Assembly: GCA_051599415.1 (NCBI GenBank)
Contig: AP039714.1
Coordinates: 62,001 to 126,000 of the forward strand
From: Savitreella phatthalungensis
Lineage: Eukaryota
Direction: 5' to 3'
Length of the DNA stretch: 64,000 bases
Shown: positions 24,101 to 33,700 of the stretch, piece after piece
How positions within the stretch are numbered: position 1 is the stretch's first letter
How the letters are laid out: the number at the start of each line of letters is the position of its first letter
Translations under genes and position numbers: made by a program
Notes under the pieces: model-generated
What the model was told of the DNA's origin: nothing
Seen by the model: the letters and a program-made list of their open reading frames with translations, nothing else
Database searches by the model: none

Positions 24101-25311
24101 ATCCTTCCAGCTTCAATCTCCCAAAAGTCGAGTCTTTAGCCGGCGTGAAGCTCTTATCTATCATTACGGGAATCGATCAGAGGGTCACAGAGGGTCACGC
24201 GGGTCATCAGCTTACGAGGAGGTTGATCGGTACCAACTCCTCGAGTCATCCCCCATCTCCAGTACGCTTCCGTCAGTTATCAAGCTGCTCGGTCCATCCA
24301 TCCAAGCACCAGGGGACAACTTCCAATTGTCGTCTGATCCTTCAATCTCTCTGTCTCTCGTATAGTGTAGACAGTCGCAAGTCCACAGCTATACCTATCT
24401 CGATTCAGCAATCTGGCCCAGAGTAACTATTCCAGCTACAACGACATCTCGTATCAGTATCAGCCACGGGCATCAGTAAAGGCGGAAGGGATAACGTGAC
24501 CTGCTCGAGAGTAGGTGCTAGGTCAGCAGTTGGAACGTGACTATTCTGTCTGTCACTGTCACCGCCACTCAATCTGTCTTTGACCTCCACCTGCTAGGAG
24601 AGTTCCTAAAGATAGCAACCAAAGGCAAGTCATTCAAGCATTAGTCTCGCCAAGGTCGACAACTTCTGGTCCTTCTCCTGCAGTCTCTTCAAGAGCAAGT
24701 CAACAGAAGATACGATTCTACTCGGCCATCTAGGCTGCCTATCTGACTCCGAATTCACTATCTATCTGACTATCAGTCGCTCTGGCTGTCTCCTTCTGTT
24801 CTTTCTAACCTGCGACACATCCTCCGACAGAGACATCCATCTCGGCTCATCTCATCTTGGACACAGCTTCTATTCCTGGTCACCAAGACAACTCTCTCCA
24901 CAAAAAGCTTCCACCTAACATTACTTATCTCATCTCCATCCCGACCTGCTGTTCATTACCGAGTACAGTTCCCGTAAGTGCACTGCCCACATACCAGACG
25001 CCAACAGTCACAGAATCTGCACGTCTGATTCATCTTCTCCTTCTCAACCATACCAGCAATTCCACCATTCATTCTTCTGAGTCCTCTCTCTCCTAGTCTC
25101 CACTCCCACTCGCACTCTTACTCGCCTCCCGCGCTCCTATAAGACCTTTGTTCTTCCCTCCCTTCAATCCACTACTTGACTCGACTAGATTCTCCCAAAT
25201 CCAACTGCTCATCGGCTACACTTCAGCTGCCCTTCAGCTACACATCGGCAACACGTCGGCTACGCATCCGCCGAGCATTACTGACAACTATCAGCTGCTC
25301 GTCAGCTTCTC
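21163..25311. promoter_or_regulatory. Divergent promoter/leader region rich in GATA-factor sites, with central AT-rich core (about 22830-23330)
   Basis: GATAAG/CTTATC at 21317, 21433, 21914, 22246, 23214, 23276, 24153 and 24924, with about 18 GATAA/TTATC pentamers in total. TATAAG near each gene (21263-21268 minus, 25138-25143 plus). Confidence 0.6.
24974..25294 (+). other. Candidate 5'UTR intron of the hydantoinase-DUF917 gene
   Basis: GTAAGT donor at 24974, branch TACTGAC at 25279-25285, acceptor CAG at 25294, 17 nt before the ATG. Same layout as the tma7 intron 3' end (TACTGACAATTCAG). Confidence 0.5.
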
Positions 25312-28300
25312 ATGACCCAGACCATGTCTCTACGTATCGGTGTCGATGTCGGTGGCACAAACACCGATGCCGTTTTGCTCGATGCAGCACAGAAGGATTC
25401 TAATTCAAGAGGCGTCCTAGCCTCGTACAAACACGCCACAACAGCAGACGTCACAGACGGCATCGAAAGAGCAATCCGATCAGTCATCGCCTCCTCTGCC
25501 ATCAATCCTGCACAGATCTCTGCCATCACTATCGGCACAACTCACTTCATCAATGCAGTCCTCGAACGGGATAGATCGAGATTGCGTCCAGTCGCAGTAA
25601 TTCGTCTCTCGGCGCACTTCACACGCTCCACCCCACCGTTCAGCAACTTTCCAGCAGCATTACGGGACATCATGTGCGGCTACTACACCTACTGCAAGGG
25701 CGGCTGCAACATCGATGGCTCTCAGATTGCTCCGATTGACGAAAACGAGATCCGTGAGAGGGCACGGGAAATTCGAGCACGTGGTCTCCGCACCGTCGTC
25801 GTCACGGGAGTCTACTCTCCCATCGACGAGACATTCAAGCAGGAAGAGCGATGCGCTGCGATACTCCGAGATGAGATTCCCGGGGTCAACGTTGTCTGCT
25901 CTAGAGATATCGTCAATGTCGGCCTGCTCGAACGTGAAAACGCCTCAATCCTAAATGCCTCTATCCTGGAATTTGCACGTGCAACCATCGCCTCCTTCAG
26001 GCGTGTTCTGACCCGTCTTCAACTTGGCGGCTGCGCTCTGCTTCTTACACAGAATGATGGCACGATTGTCAGCGCGTCCGACGCTGCACGGACTCCCATC
26101 AAGACCTTCTCCTCCGGAGCCACAAATTCCATGAGAGGCGCTGCGTATCTGGCCGGCATCAGTCCCGAACAACAGCGTGGCGGCACGATTGTGGTCGATA
26201 TCGGCGGCACCACATCTGATGCCGGCATGCTCCTCCCTTCAGGCTTTCCCCGCCAAGCTGCAGCATACGTCGATGTGGCAGGCGTCCGACTGAATTTCTC
26301 CATGCCTGATCTTCACTCGATCCCGCTCGGTGGCGGCTCCATCGTTCGCCATCTTTCCGACGGCACAGTCACAGTAGGTCCCGACTCGGTCGGCTACAAG
26401 CTGACGAGCGAGGCACTCATCTTCGGCGGCAAGACACTAACCACGTCTGATGTCACCGTGCGAGGATCCTGTGGTAAGGTGGACATGGGAGACGCTTCTC
26501 TCGTCCAGAGCCTTCCAGAGGTACTGGTGCAAGATGCACAAGAACGTATCACCTCTATGCTCGCAGATGTCGTCGATCAGATGAAGGTGTCGCCAGAAGA
26601 TGTTCCTGTCATGCTTGTAGGTGGAGGATCTGTTATCGCGCCGACGCACATTCCAGGCGCTTCTGCTGTCGTTCGACCGCCATTCCACGATGTGGCCAAC
26701 GCCGTCGGTGCTGCGATCGCCAAGATCTCCGGCACGATCGACGTGATTGAGAATGTCAATGGTAGATCCGTTGATGCCGTCGTGGCCACGGCGAAAGAGA
26801 GAGCCATTGAGCGCTGTATTGCCGCAGGTGCTGATCCTCAAACCGTCACGCTTGCCGATGTCACCACGATCCCAATCCAGTATGTGACCAATCAACTGCG
26901 TGTCATCGTCAAGTGTGTTGGTGAGCTCGACCTCGCGCGCCTCGGCACCGCGGACGACAGCGAGCTCGAAGACGATAGCCCAACTGACACTGCCTCCGAA
27001 ACGCCGTCGAAGGCCTCGGCTTTGGAGGCAGACGACTCCATCATCGATCTCTCCACTTACAAGCCATACATCACGGCCGACCGCCAATGGATCTTATCAG
27101 AAACCGATCTGCGCTTCCTATGTGTGGGCACCTATGTGCTCGGCTGTGCCGGCGGCGGCTCTCCATACCCCGAATTCCTACAGCTGCGAGACATGGTTCG
27201 GCGAGGTCACAAGCTGCGCGTTGCCGAGTGCGAGAGTGTCAAGGATGACGACGTCGTTCTGTGGGGAGGTCACATGGGCTCGCCCGCAGTCTCTGTCGAA
27301 CGCCTCGGCGGCGAAGAGGTTGTCGACGCCATGCGAGAGCTTCTCGACCTCCAGAGAGTGCCACATGTTTGCCCTCCAAATGACAGCACACCAAAACCCA
27401 CGAACAAACCTGGGTATGCAGCTGTCATGTCTCTCGAGATCGGCGGTGGCAATGGCCTCCAGCCCTTGATCGTCGGCTCTTCTCGCTTCTTCGACACGCC
27501 CACCCTCGACTGCGACTGGATGGGACGTGCATACCCGACGTACTACCAGACGACCCTCTCAGCGTACGCACCTGGCTTGCTCGTTCCTGCGGCCATTGCG
27601 TCGGGCGATGGCAAGACAGTTGTGATGACACGAGCGCCTGACGACACCTGCGTGGATGTGTGCTTGCGCGCGGCCTGTACGGAGATGGGATCTCGTGTGG
27701 GCATGGCCGCCGCGCCTACGACGGGCGACCTCGTCAAGAAGTACAGTGTCCGCAACACCGTCTCGCTCGCCTGGAGAATCGGACGCACCATCCTCTCGTG
27801 TCAGCAAAACGCTCAGACCTCCCGCGTCGCAGACGCCCTCATCGACGCCCTCGGCGGCCCGACCACAGCAAAGAAGCTCTTCACAGGCAAAATCGTCCGT
27901 GTCGAGTCGCGGCTGTTTAAAGGCCACTCATACGGATCCATCGTGATTGAGCCGCTGTCTAACGCTGAGAACGATCACGTGTTGCCTGATCTCCCGCTGG
28001 CTGCTGTCACTGCTGCCGCATCTGGTCGCACCGGCGCGCGCTCGACCACGACAACAGACGCCTCGAGCGTAACAGGTTCCGATGGGTACGACTCTGACGC
28101 ACGCCCATCCACCGCCTCGTCCACATCGACAATCTCTTCACGCCACTCCGCAGGCACCCGTACCCCGCCTGCACCCACGGCCGACTCGGAAGGCAGCTAC
28201 TACTCTCCCCTGCGATCGACGGGTGTCGTCCGAATCCCATACAAGAACGAGAACATCCTGTGTGAGCACTTTGGGTCGCTGGAAGCAATGGACGCCGCTG

Positions 28301-28596
28301 GAGACGACGCGGTCGGCGATATCCTCTGCAGCGTGCCTGACCTGATCTGCGTGCTCGATGGTCGGTCTGGTGAATCGCTCGGGGTGCCAGAGTTCAGGTA
28401 CGGTCTGAAGGTGGTGGTGCTCGGCATCACAGGCTCACCACTCTGGAGCGCGACAGACGAAGGACTAGCGCTAGGAGGACCAGCAGCATTCGGCTACGGT
28501 CCAGACCAACAACCACCTAGACAAGTCAACCACCATCCGCTAGGCAAATACATCGAGCCATCGAGCGTGATCGCCGAGTACGCGAGCCACAAGTAG
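25312..28596 (+). CDS. Hydantoinase A/oxoprolinase domain fused to C-terminal DUF917 domain
   Basis: 1094 aa. N-terminal half: GVDVGGTNTDAV, GTTHFINA, RENASILNA, TFSSGATNSMRGA, DIGGTTSD, GGGS, ANAVGAA. C-terminal half DUF917 motifs: LGCAGGGSPY, GHMGSPAV..E, EIGGGNG, DCDWMGRAYP, NEN, SVPDLICVLD, EFRYG, GGPAAFG. Confidence 0.9.
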   Translation: MTQTMSLRIGVDVGGTNTDAVLLDAAQKDSNSRGVLASYKHATTADVTDGIERAIRSVIASSAINPAQISAITIGTTHFINAVLERDRSRLRPVAVIRLSAHFTRSTPPFSNFPAALRDIMCGYYTYCKGGCNIDGSQIAPIDENEIRERAREIRARGLRTVVVTGVYSPIDETFKQEERCAAILRDEIPGVNVVCSRDIVNVGLLERENASILNASILEFARATIASFRRVLTRLQLGGCALLLTQNDGTIVSASDAARTPIKTFSSGATNSMRGAAYLAGISPEQQRGGTIVVDIGGTTSDAGMLLPSGFPRQAAAYVDVAGVRLNFSMPDLHSIPLGGGSIVRHLSDGTVTVGPDSVGYKLTSEALIFGGKTLTTSDVTVRGSCGKVDMGDASLVQSLPEVLVQDAQERITSMLADVVDQMKVSPEDVPVMLVGGGSVIAPTHIPGASAVVRPPFHDVANAVGAAIAKISGTIDVIENVNGRSVDAVVATAKERAIERCIAAGADPQTVTLADVTTIPIQYVTNQLRVIVKCVGELDLARLGTADDSELEDDSPTDTASETPSKASALEADDSIIDLSTYKPYITADRQWILSETDLRFLCVGTYVLGCAGGGSPYPEFLQLRDMVRRGHKLRVAECESVKDDDVVLWGGHMGSPAVSVERLGGEEVVDAMRELLDLQRVPHVCPPNDSTPKPTNKPGYAAVMSLEIGGGNGLQPLIVGSSRFFDTPTLDCDWMGRAYPTYYQTTLSAYAPGLLVPAAIASGDGKTVVMTRAPDDTCVDVCLRAACTEMGSRVGMAAAPTTGDLVKKYSVRNTVSLAWRIGRTILSCQQNAQTSRVADALIDALGGPTTAKKLFTGKIVRVESRLFKGHSYGSIVIEPLSNAENDHVLPDLPLAAVTAAASGRTGARSTTTTDASSVTGSDGYDSDARPSTASSTSTISSRHSAGTRTPPAPTADSEGSYYSPLRSTGVVRIPYKNENILCEHFGSLEAMDAAGDDAVGDILCSVPDLICVLDGRSGESLGVPEFRYGLKVVVLGITGSPLWSATDEGLALGGPAAFGYGPDQQPPRQVNHHPLGKYIEPSSVIAEYASHK

Positions 28597-28627
28597 AGTC
28601 TTAAACAGAGAACGAATACGATTAAAA

Positions 28628-30292
28628 CTAGGTGATGACTGTGGGTTTGGATCTGCCAGTGAACTTCTCGAGCTGGAGGATGTGTAGTGCTGCTTGAATG
28701 AGTGACTTCAAGCCTTCCTGAGCATCGAGCGTGTACTTGGACTCGTCCGTCTCGTACTTTTCGACGTAGAGTCTGATGGTTGCGCCTGAGGATCCCGTTC
28801 CGGAGAGTCTGACGACGAGTCTGTCTCCTCCCTTGAACTTGATAAACAGCCCCTGGTGCGAAGCGACCTCGCCGGTGACCACATCCGTGTACTCGAAGTC
28901 GCCAGCCTCAGCAACCTCGAACCCATCGACTGGTGAGCTGCCCACAAACTCAGGAGACTTGATCTGGCTTGCGACATGGTCGATGACCTTGTTTGCATCA
29001 GCACTCTCGATCTCCTCGTAGTCGTAGCGGGAGAAGAAGGTCCTGCCGTAGGTCTTCCAGAAGTCTAGGAGGATATCGTTAATGCCGAACGGTTTGTCCT
29101 GTGCAGCGACGCCTGCGATGATATTCAGCCAGGCCACAATCGCCCAAAGTCCATCCTTCTCCCTGATATGGTTCGAGCCTGTACCAAAAGACTCCTCGCC
29201 GCAAATCGACAGCCTCTTGTCGTCAAACAGCGAGCAGAAGAACTTCCAGCCTGTGGGGACCTCGTAGCACGTAAGTCCCTGCTTCTTTGCGACGAGATCG
29301 AGTGCTCCAGAGGTCGGCATCGACCTCGCCAGCCCATAGACTCCCTGATTCTTGAAATAGGGGATGAGTTTTGCGTGGTGGGCGATGACGGCGACGCTGT
29401 CTGAGGGTGAGACGAAGGCGTGGGTACCGTAGATCATATTCCTGTCACCGTCTCCGTCGCTCGCCGCTCCAAAGTCGATCGCCTCCTCGTCCACCTTGGA
29501 CACGAGCGAGTGTGCGTAGGTCAAGTTCGGGTCAGGGTGACCGCCACCGAAATCCTCAAGCGCAACGCAGTTCTGAGTGCTCCCCTCACCAAGCCCAAGC
29601 TCCTCACCAAAAATAGCCTTACCGTAAGGACCGGTCACACCACTCAAACCATCAAACAACACCTTGTACCCCGAGTGAGACCCCAAAAACGACTTGATCA
29701 ACCCAAAGTCGAAGATCTCCTTCAGCATCGATACATAGTCAGCCGTCTGGTCAATCACCTCGACTTTGAGCTCGCCATAGGTCTGCTCTCCGAGGGTTGA
29801 TAGATCGATGTCCGGGATGTCAGCCCACTTGTACTCGCCTATGGTTGTGGATGTTTTGTAGATTGCGTTTGTGACTGATTCTGGGGCTGGTCCGCCGTTT
29901 GCGAGGTTGTACTTGATACCAAAATCGTTTTCGGGTCCTCCTGGGTTGTGCGATGCGGTGAGGAGGATACCGCCAGTGGCAGAGCGCTTGCGGATGATGT
30001 GGGACGTTGCAGGGGTCGATAGGATACCTGCCTGGCCGATGATCAGCTTCTTCACCCCGTTGCCAGCGGCGATCTTGCCGATGATCTGGATCGCCTGCTT
30101 GTTGAAGTACCGGCCGTCGCCACCGATCACCAACACCGCCCCAGAAGCCGAAGGCTCCACGGCAGACAGGATGCTCTGCACAAAGTTCTCCGTGTATCCA
30201 GGCTGCTCAAACACCTTCACCTTCTTACGAAGGCCTGAGGTGCCCGGCTTCTGCCCATCAAAAGGCTTTGTCTGCTTCGTCGTGATCGACAT
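28628..30292 (-). CDS. pgm: Phosphoglucomutase
   Basis: GQKPGTSGLRKK, catalytic TASHNPGG, metal loop DGDGDRNM, GEESFGTGS, RLSGTGSSGATIRLY, C-terminal PTVIT. Conserved start MSITT at 30292 gives 554 aa. Confidence 0.97.
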   Translation of the reverse strand: MSITTKQTKPFDGQKPGTSGLRKKVKVFEQPGYTENFVQSILSAVEPSASGAVLVIGGDGRYFNKQAIQIIGKIAAGNGVKKLIIGQAGILSTPATSHIIRKRSATGGILLTASHNPGGPENDFGIKYNLANGGPAPESVTNAIYKTSTTIGEYKWADIPDIDLSTLGEQTYGELKVEVIDQTADYVSMLKEIFDFGLIKSFLGSHSGYKVLFDGLSGVTGPYGKAIFGEELGLGEGSTQNCVALEDFGGGHPDPNLTYAHSLVSKVDEEAIDFGAASDGDGDRNMIYGTHAFVSPSDSVAVIAHHAKLIPYFKNQGVYGLARSMPTSGALDLVAKKQGLTCYEVPTGWKFFCSLFDDKRLSICGEESFGTGSNHIREKDGLWAIVAWLNIIAGVAAQDKPFGINDILLDFWKTYGRTFFSRYDYEEIESADANKVIDHVASQIKSPEFVGSSPVDGFEVAEAGDFEYTDVVTGEVASHQGLFIKFKGGDRLVVRLSGTGSSGATIRLYVEKYETDESKYTLDAQEGLKSLIQAALHILQLEKFTGRSKPTVIT

Positions 30293-30717
30293 TCTCGTAG
30301 ATACACTAGTGCTCAACAACAACGTCGTCGTCCTTCTCTTGTGTCGGTGTATCTTTGTCCAAAGTAGTGTCTGTCCGAGGATGTCGGCTGGATGATGGCG
30401 ATTGGGAGGCGATTGACGTCGCACACATATCTGACTCGATCCAGATGCACGATCAATTTTTAACAGTAAGTGGGACGGGATGATGTGTGTATGCACGTGC
30501 ACGTCATTCGTGATGCCTTCAACGACAACATATTCACGCTGGACAGTAGAGCACTCAAAAGGATTAGAGACGCGATGGGTGAAGTGATTGCCAAACATCA
30601 TCTAATGCTACAACGTGACGGCGAATTGTCTATGTACAGTTGGTTTCTTGGTATGATATGTGTTGTGTGTGTGCGTGTGTGTGGTGTGGTTAGGTAAAAA
30701 GGTAGGTCATCTCATCG

Positions 30718-30743
30718 TCATGACTGGTTTGGCGGCATCGGCG

Positions 30744-30784
<41 letters not shown>

Positions 30785-33700
30785 GGGGCAGGTCCAGCGC
30801 CGGACGCTCCTGTGGAGGTGCCGCTGGCACTGCCGCTGCCGTTGCCGTTGCCGGTTTGGTTGATGTGTGAGGAGAGGCTCTGGAAGAGTGCTTGGATTTC
30901 AGGTGTCTTCTGAACGAATTCGAGTTGCCAGAATCCATACTTCTGGTTCTTGAGGAGCTCTGTGAAGGTGATGAGAAGTCCCCAGGGATGCGGTCGGTGA
31001 CAGATTAGCCGCTCTAGGAGAACTCTGGCGATTTGCTCTTTCGCCACCAGGGCGTCATCACTCGTGCTCGTGTTTGTGCTTGTGGCTTCCTCGCTCGCTG
31101 GGCTGCCGACAGCGGAGAACAGGGATAGCAAGACGCAGCTGAAGAAGTAGGTGTGCCTGTTTGGATACCTGAGCTGATCGACGACCGCACACAGGAGGGT
31201 GTACCTGCCTGGTGGATCTAGCGCCTTGAACAGTTCCTGGATCAGTCCGACCCAGGGTGAGTTGAGGTCGAATTGCGGCGGTGAGGTATCATTGCCGACT
31301 GCCTGGACGCCTGCATAGAGGACGAGCGTTGCGAGAAGGGTCGGGTCGACGTGTGATCCGTTCTTCTCGTTCTGGGCGTCCTGCTGGTGATGCTGCTGCT
31401 GGTGGTGATGCCTGGTCATGGCACGGATGACCTTGGCGACAGCGGTCGCACTGCCACTGTAGATGTAGTTGTTGACGTGGGTCATCACTTTCCCGGCACT
31501 CAGAATTTGGTCGAGGTCAGCGGCGATGCGCGGCGCCTGTGCTGACTCTGGCAGACGATCGACTTTCAGACCTGGCAGGAACGGGTCTGGCAGGAGCATG
31601 TGCCGCGGGAAGGCGCTGAGGATCAGATTTCGTAGCTGGATTGCCGTCGCCGGCACGTTGATGCAGAACGTGTGGTGGTTGTCCGTGAGGAAGTTGGGGA
31701 AGTCGTTGAGGAGAACGAGCATAAGGCGCAAGGTGGCCTGGTACATCATGCGTGTGTGCGCTGGCAGCTGCTCTTCCGGTGCGCTGACGGCCTCTAGCTG
31801 AGGGGAAAGGAACCTCAACAAGGTCGACAGAAGATCTGCATACTTGTTCCAGGACTCTTCGTCGGACAGAAGCGCCGGCAGCAGGAATCTGTGTGAGATG
31901 ATGGTGATCCAGGCGAATGTGAACTCTGGGAAATGGTTCGGCTGAAGGATCAGGAGGATGTGGACGATCGAGTGGAGGGCTGGCTGGTAGACTTGTCCTA
32001 GGGCGGCCTTCGCTCCATTCAGCTCTGCGAGCAGGGAGGTGAAGAAGCGGGAGAAAGGTCGCTGCAAGGTGGCATCCCTGGTCTTGTCGCGCGCGTGCGC
32101 ATACACGATCGCTACCATCGCTAAGATGACCTCGAACGACTCCACTCGCTCAGCCACCGTCAACGACGGCGATGAGTTTTGTAGGAGAAGCGCTGTGAGC
32201 TTCGCGACGCCGTCCATTGCATTGAAGACGCTCATGGGGGCTGCGGAAGGTGATGGCGGTGGACGCAAGGCTGTGTCGCAGGCATGCTCAATGATGGTGC
32301 GGAAGAAGAGCAAACAGTTGTCGCGGTCGGTGAGCAGTCCAGAGCGATCGAGTTGGAGGACGAAGGCGCTCTGGAGTTTTGGCGAGGTGGCTGCGTGATT
32401 GAGGAGATGCATCCATTCCTGGAACACGCCGAGAACTTGATCCTTTGGCGGGGCATCGATCACCGAGCGAGACTGGTCAAGCGCTCGGAGAAGTCCCCCG
32501 ACGAGATCGATGTGCGCTACGGACGTCAGGGCCTCGAGCGTAGCTGCGAAGTCGCTCCGCAGGGCTGCCGGGCTGTCAGCCAGCAGAACTTCTCGTAGGA
32601 GCTCGACGGCGAATTCGAGCGCACCTTGACGCTGGAGCTGGACGTGCTTTGCAAGCTGGACGTCGAATTCCATGGGCACGACGATCCCGGCACGCATGAG
32701 CTGGCGGATGATTGGCGCATTGTACTGCGTGGGTCGTCCGAGTGGACCAGCCAGACGGAGACGTCCCTGTAGGTCTTCATGGACATGTCGATGAAGGCTG
32801 AGAGGGTCGTGGTGAGACATTGCGCCGCGAGCTCGTGGTGAGGCATCTTGAAGAGCAATTGGCAGACGCGCTGAGCACATGTCAGAGAGCGCTCGTCGCC
32901 TCGCATGCCGGCCAGCTGCGGCACCTGTGATAGGATTTGTTGCTGGAGAGAGCGAAGCTGTGAGTCCGCGTCATCGAGTGATGACGCCGTCTGCTTCCGT
33001 GCCAAGTTGTCGAGCTCCGTGATCTGGCCAAGGAGCTGCTCGAATGTCGAGGCGGACTGCTGCTCGTTGCGGTATCGGACGGCAGGGTCGACGGCCTCGA
33101 GAGCGGACGCAGCGGCGCGCGAGTCGTCCTTCGCATAGTACGCCGCTGCATCGTTCGCCGTGCGAGGAATTCGTGCAAAGTCGCTGTAGAGTGCGACCTG
33201 ATCGTTCGTAAGCCCTGTCGGCTGGAGACGCAGTGGGTCTGGCAAAGGATATGCGTGGCGAGGTGCCGTCTGATCGACAAAGCGCTGACCCGACCGCGCC
33301 TCCAGATGACGACGGCGTGCCTGGTAGCTGTCCCTCAGACCCTCATCGATCTCCGTAACCGCCTTTTCCATAGCTGCCTTTTCGACGATCGCACAGGCAG
33401 CGTCCAGGTTATCGGAGATCAGCTGAGACAATAGGAGCTCTCCATCCTGAGTGAGTCCATCGTAGCCACTCTGTGCGAGCACTGCGCGCAGGTTGCTCAT
33501 GAAGGCTCCGCGCAGCGGTTCCTTGCACGTGACAGTGGCCAAGCTGCCTGCGAGATTCTGATTCATCACATGAGCTGCCTCTCGGAGTTTCTGAACGTCT
33601 TCCTCAAACGCAAAGTCCTTGGTGACGAGCTGCGAGGTGGAGATACTGGCGATAGCCACGCTGCGCTCGACCACGGGCAATATGAACTCTCGAACGGCAC

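Noticed and set aside
32526..32880. Two separate overlapping genes, or an intron joining the Not1 ORFs
   Set aside because: The protein is collinear across the junction with only one base missing, and there are no splice signals.
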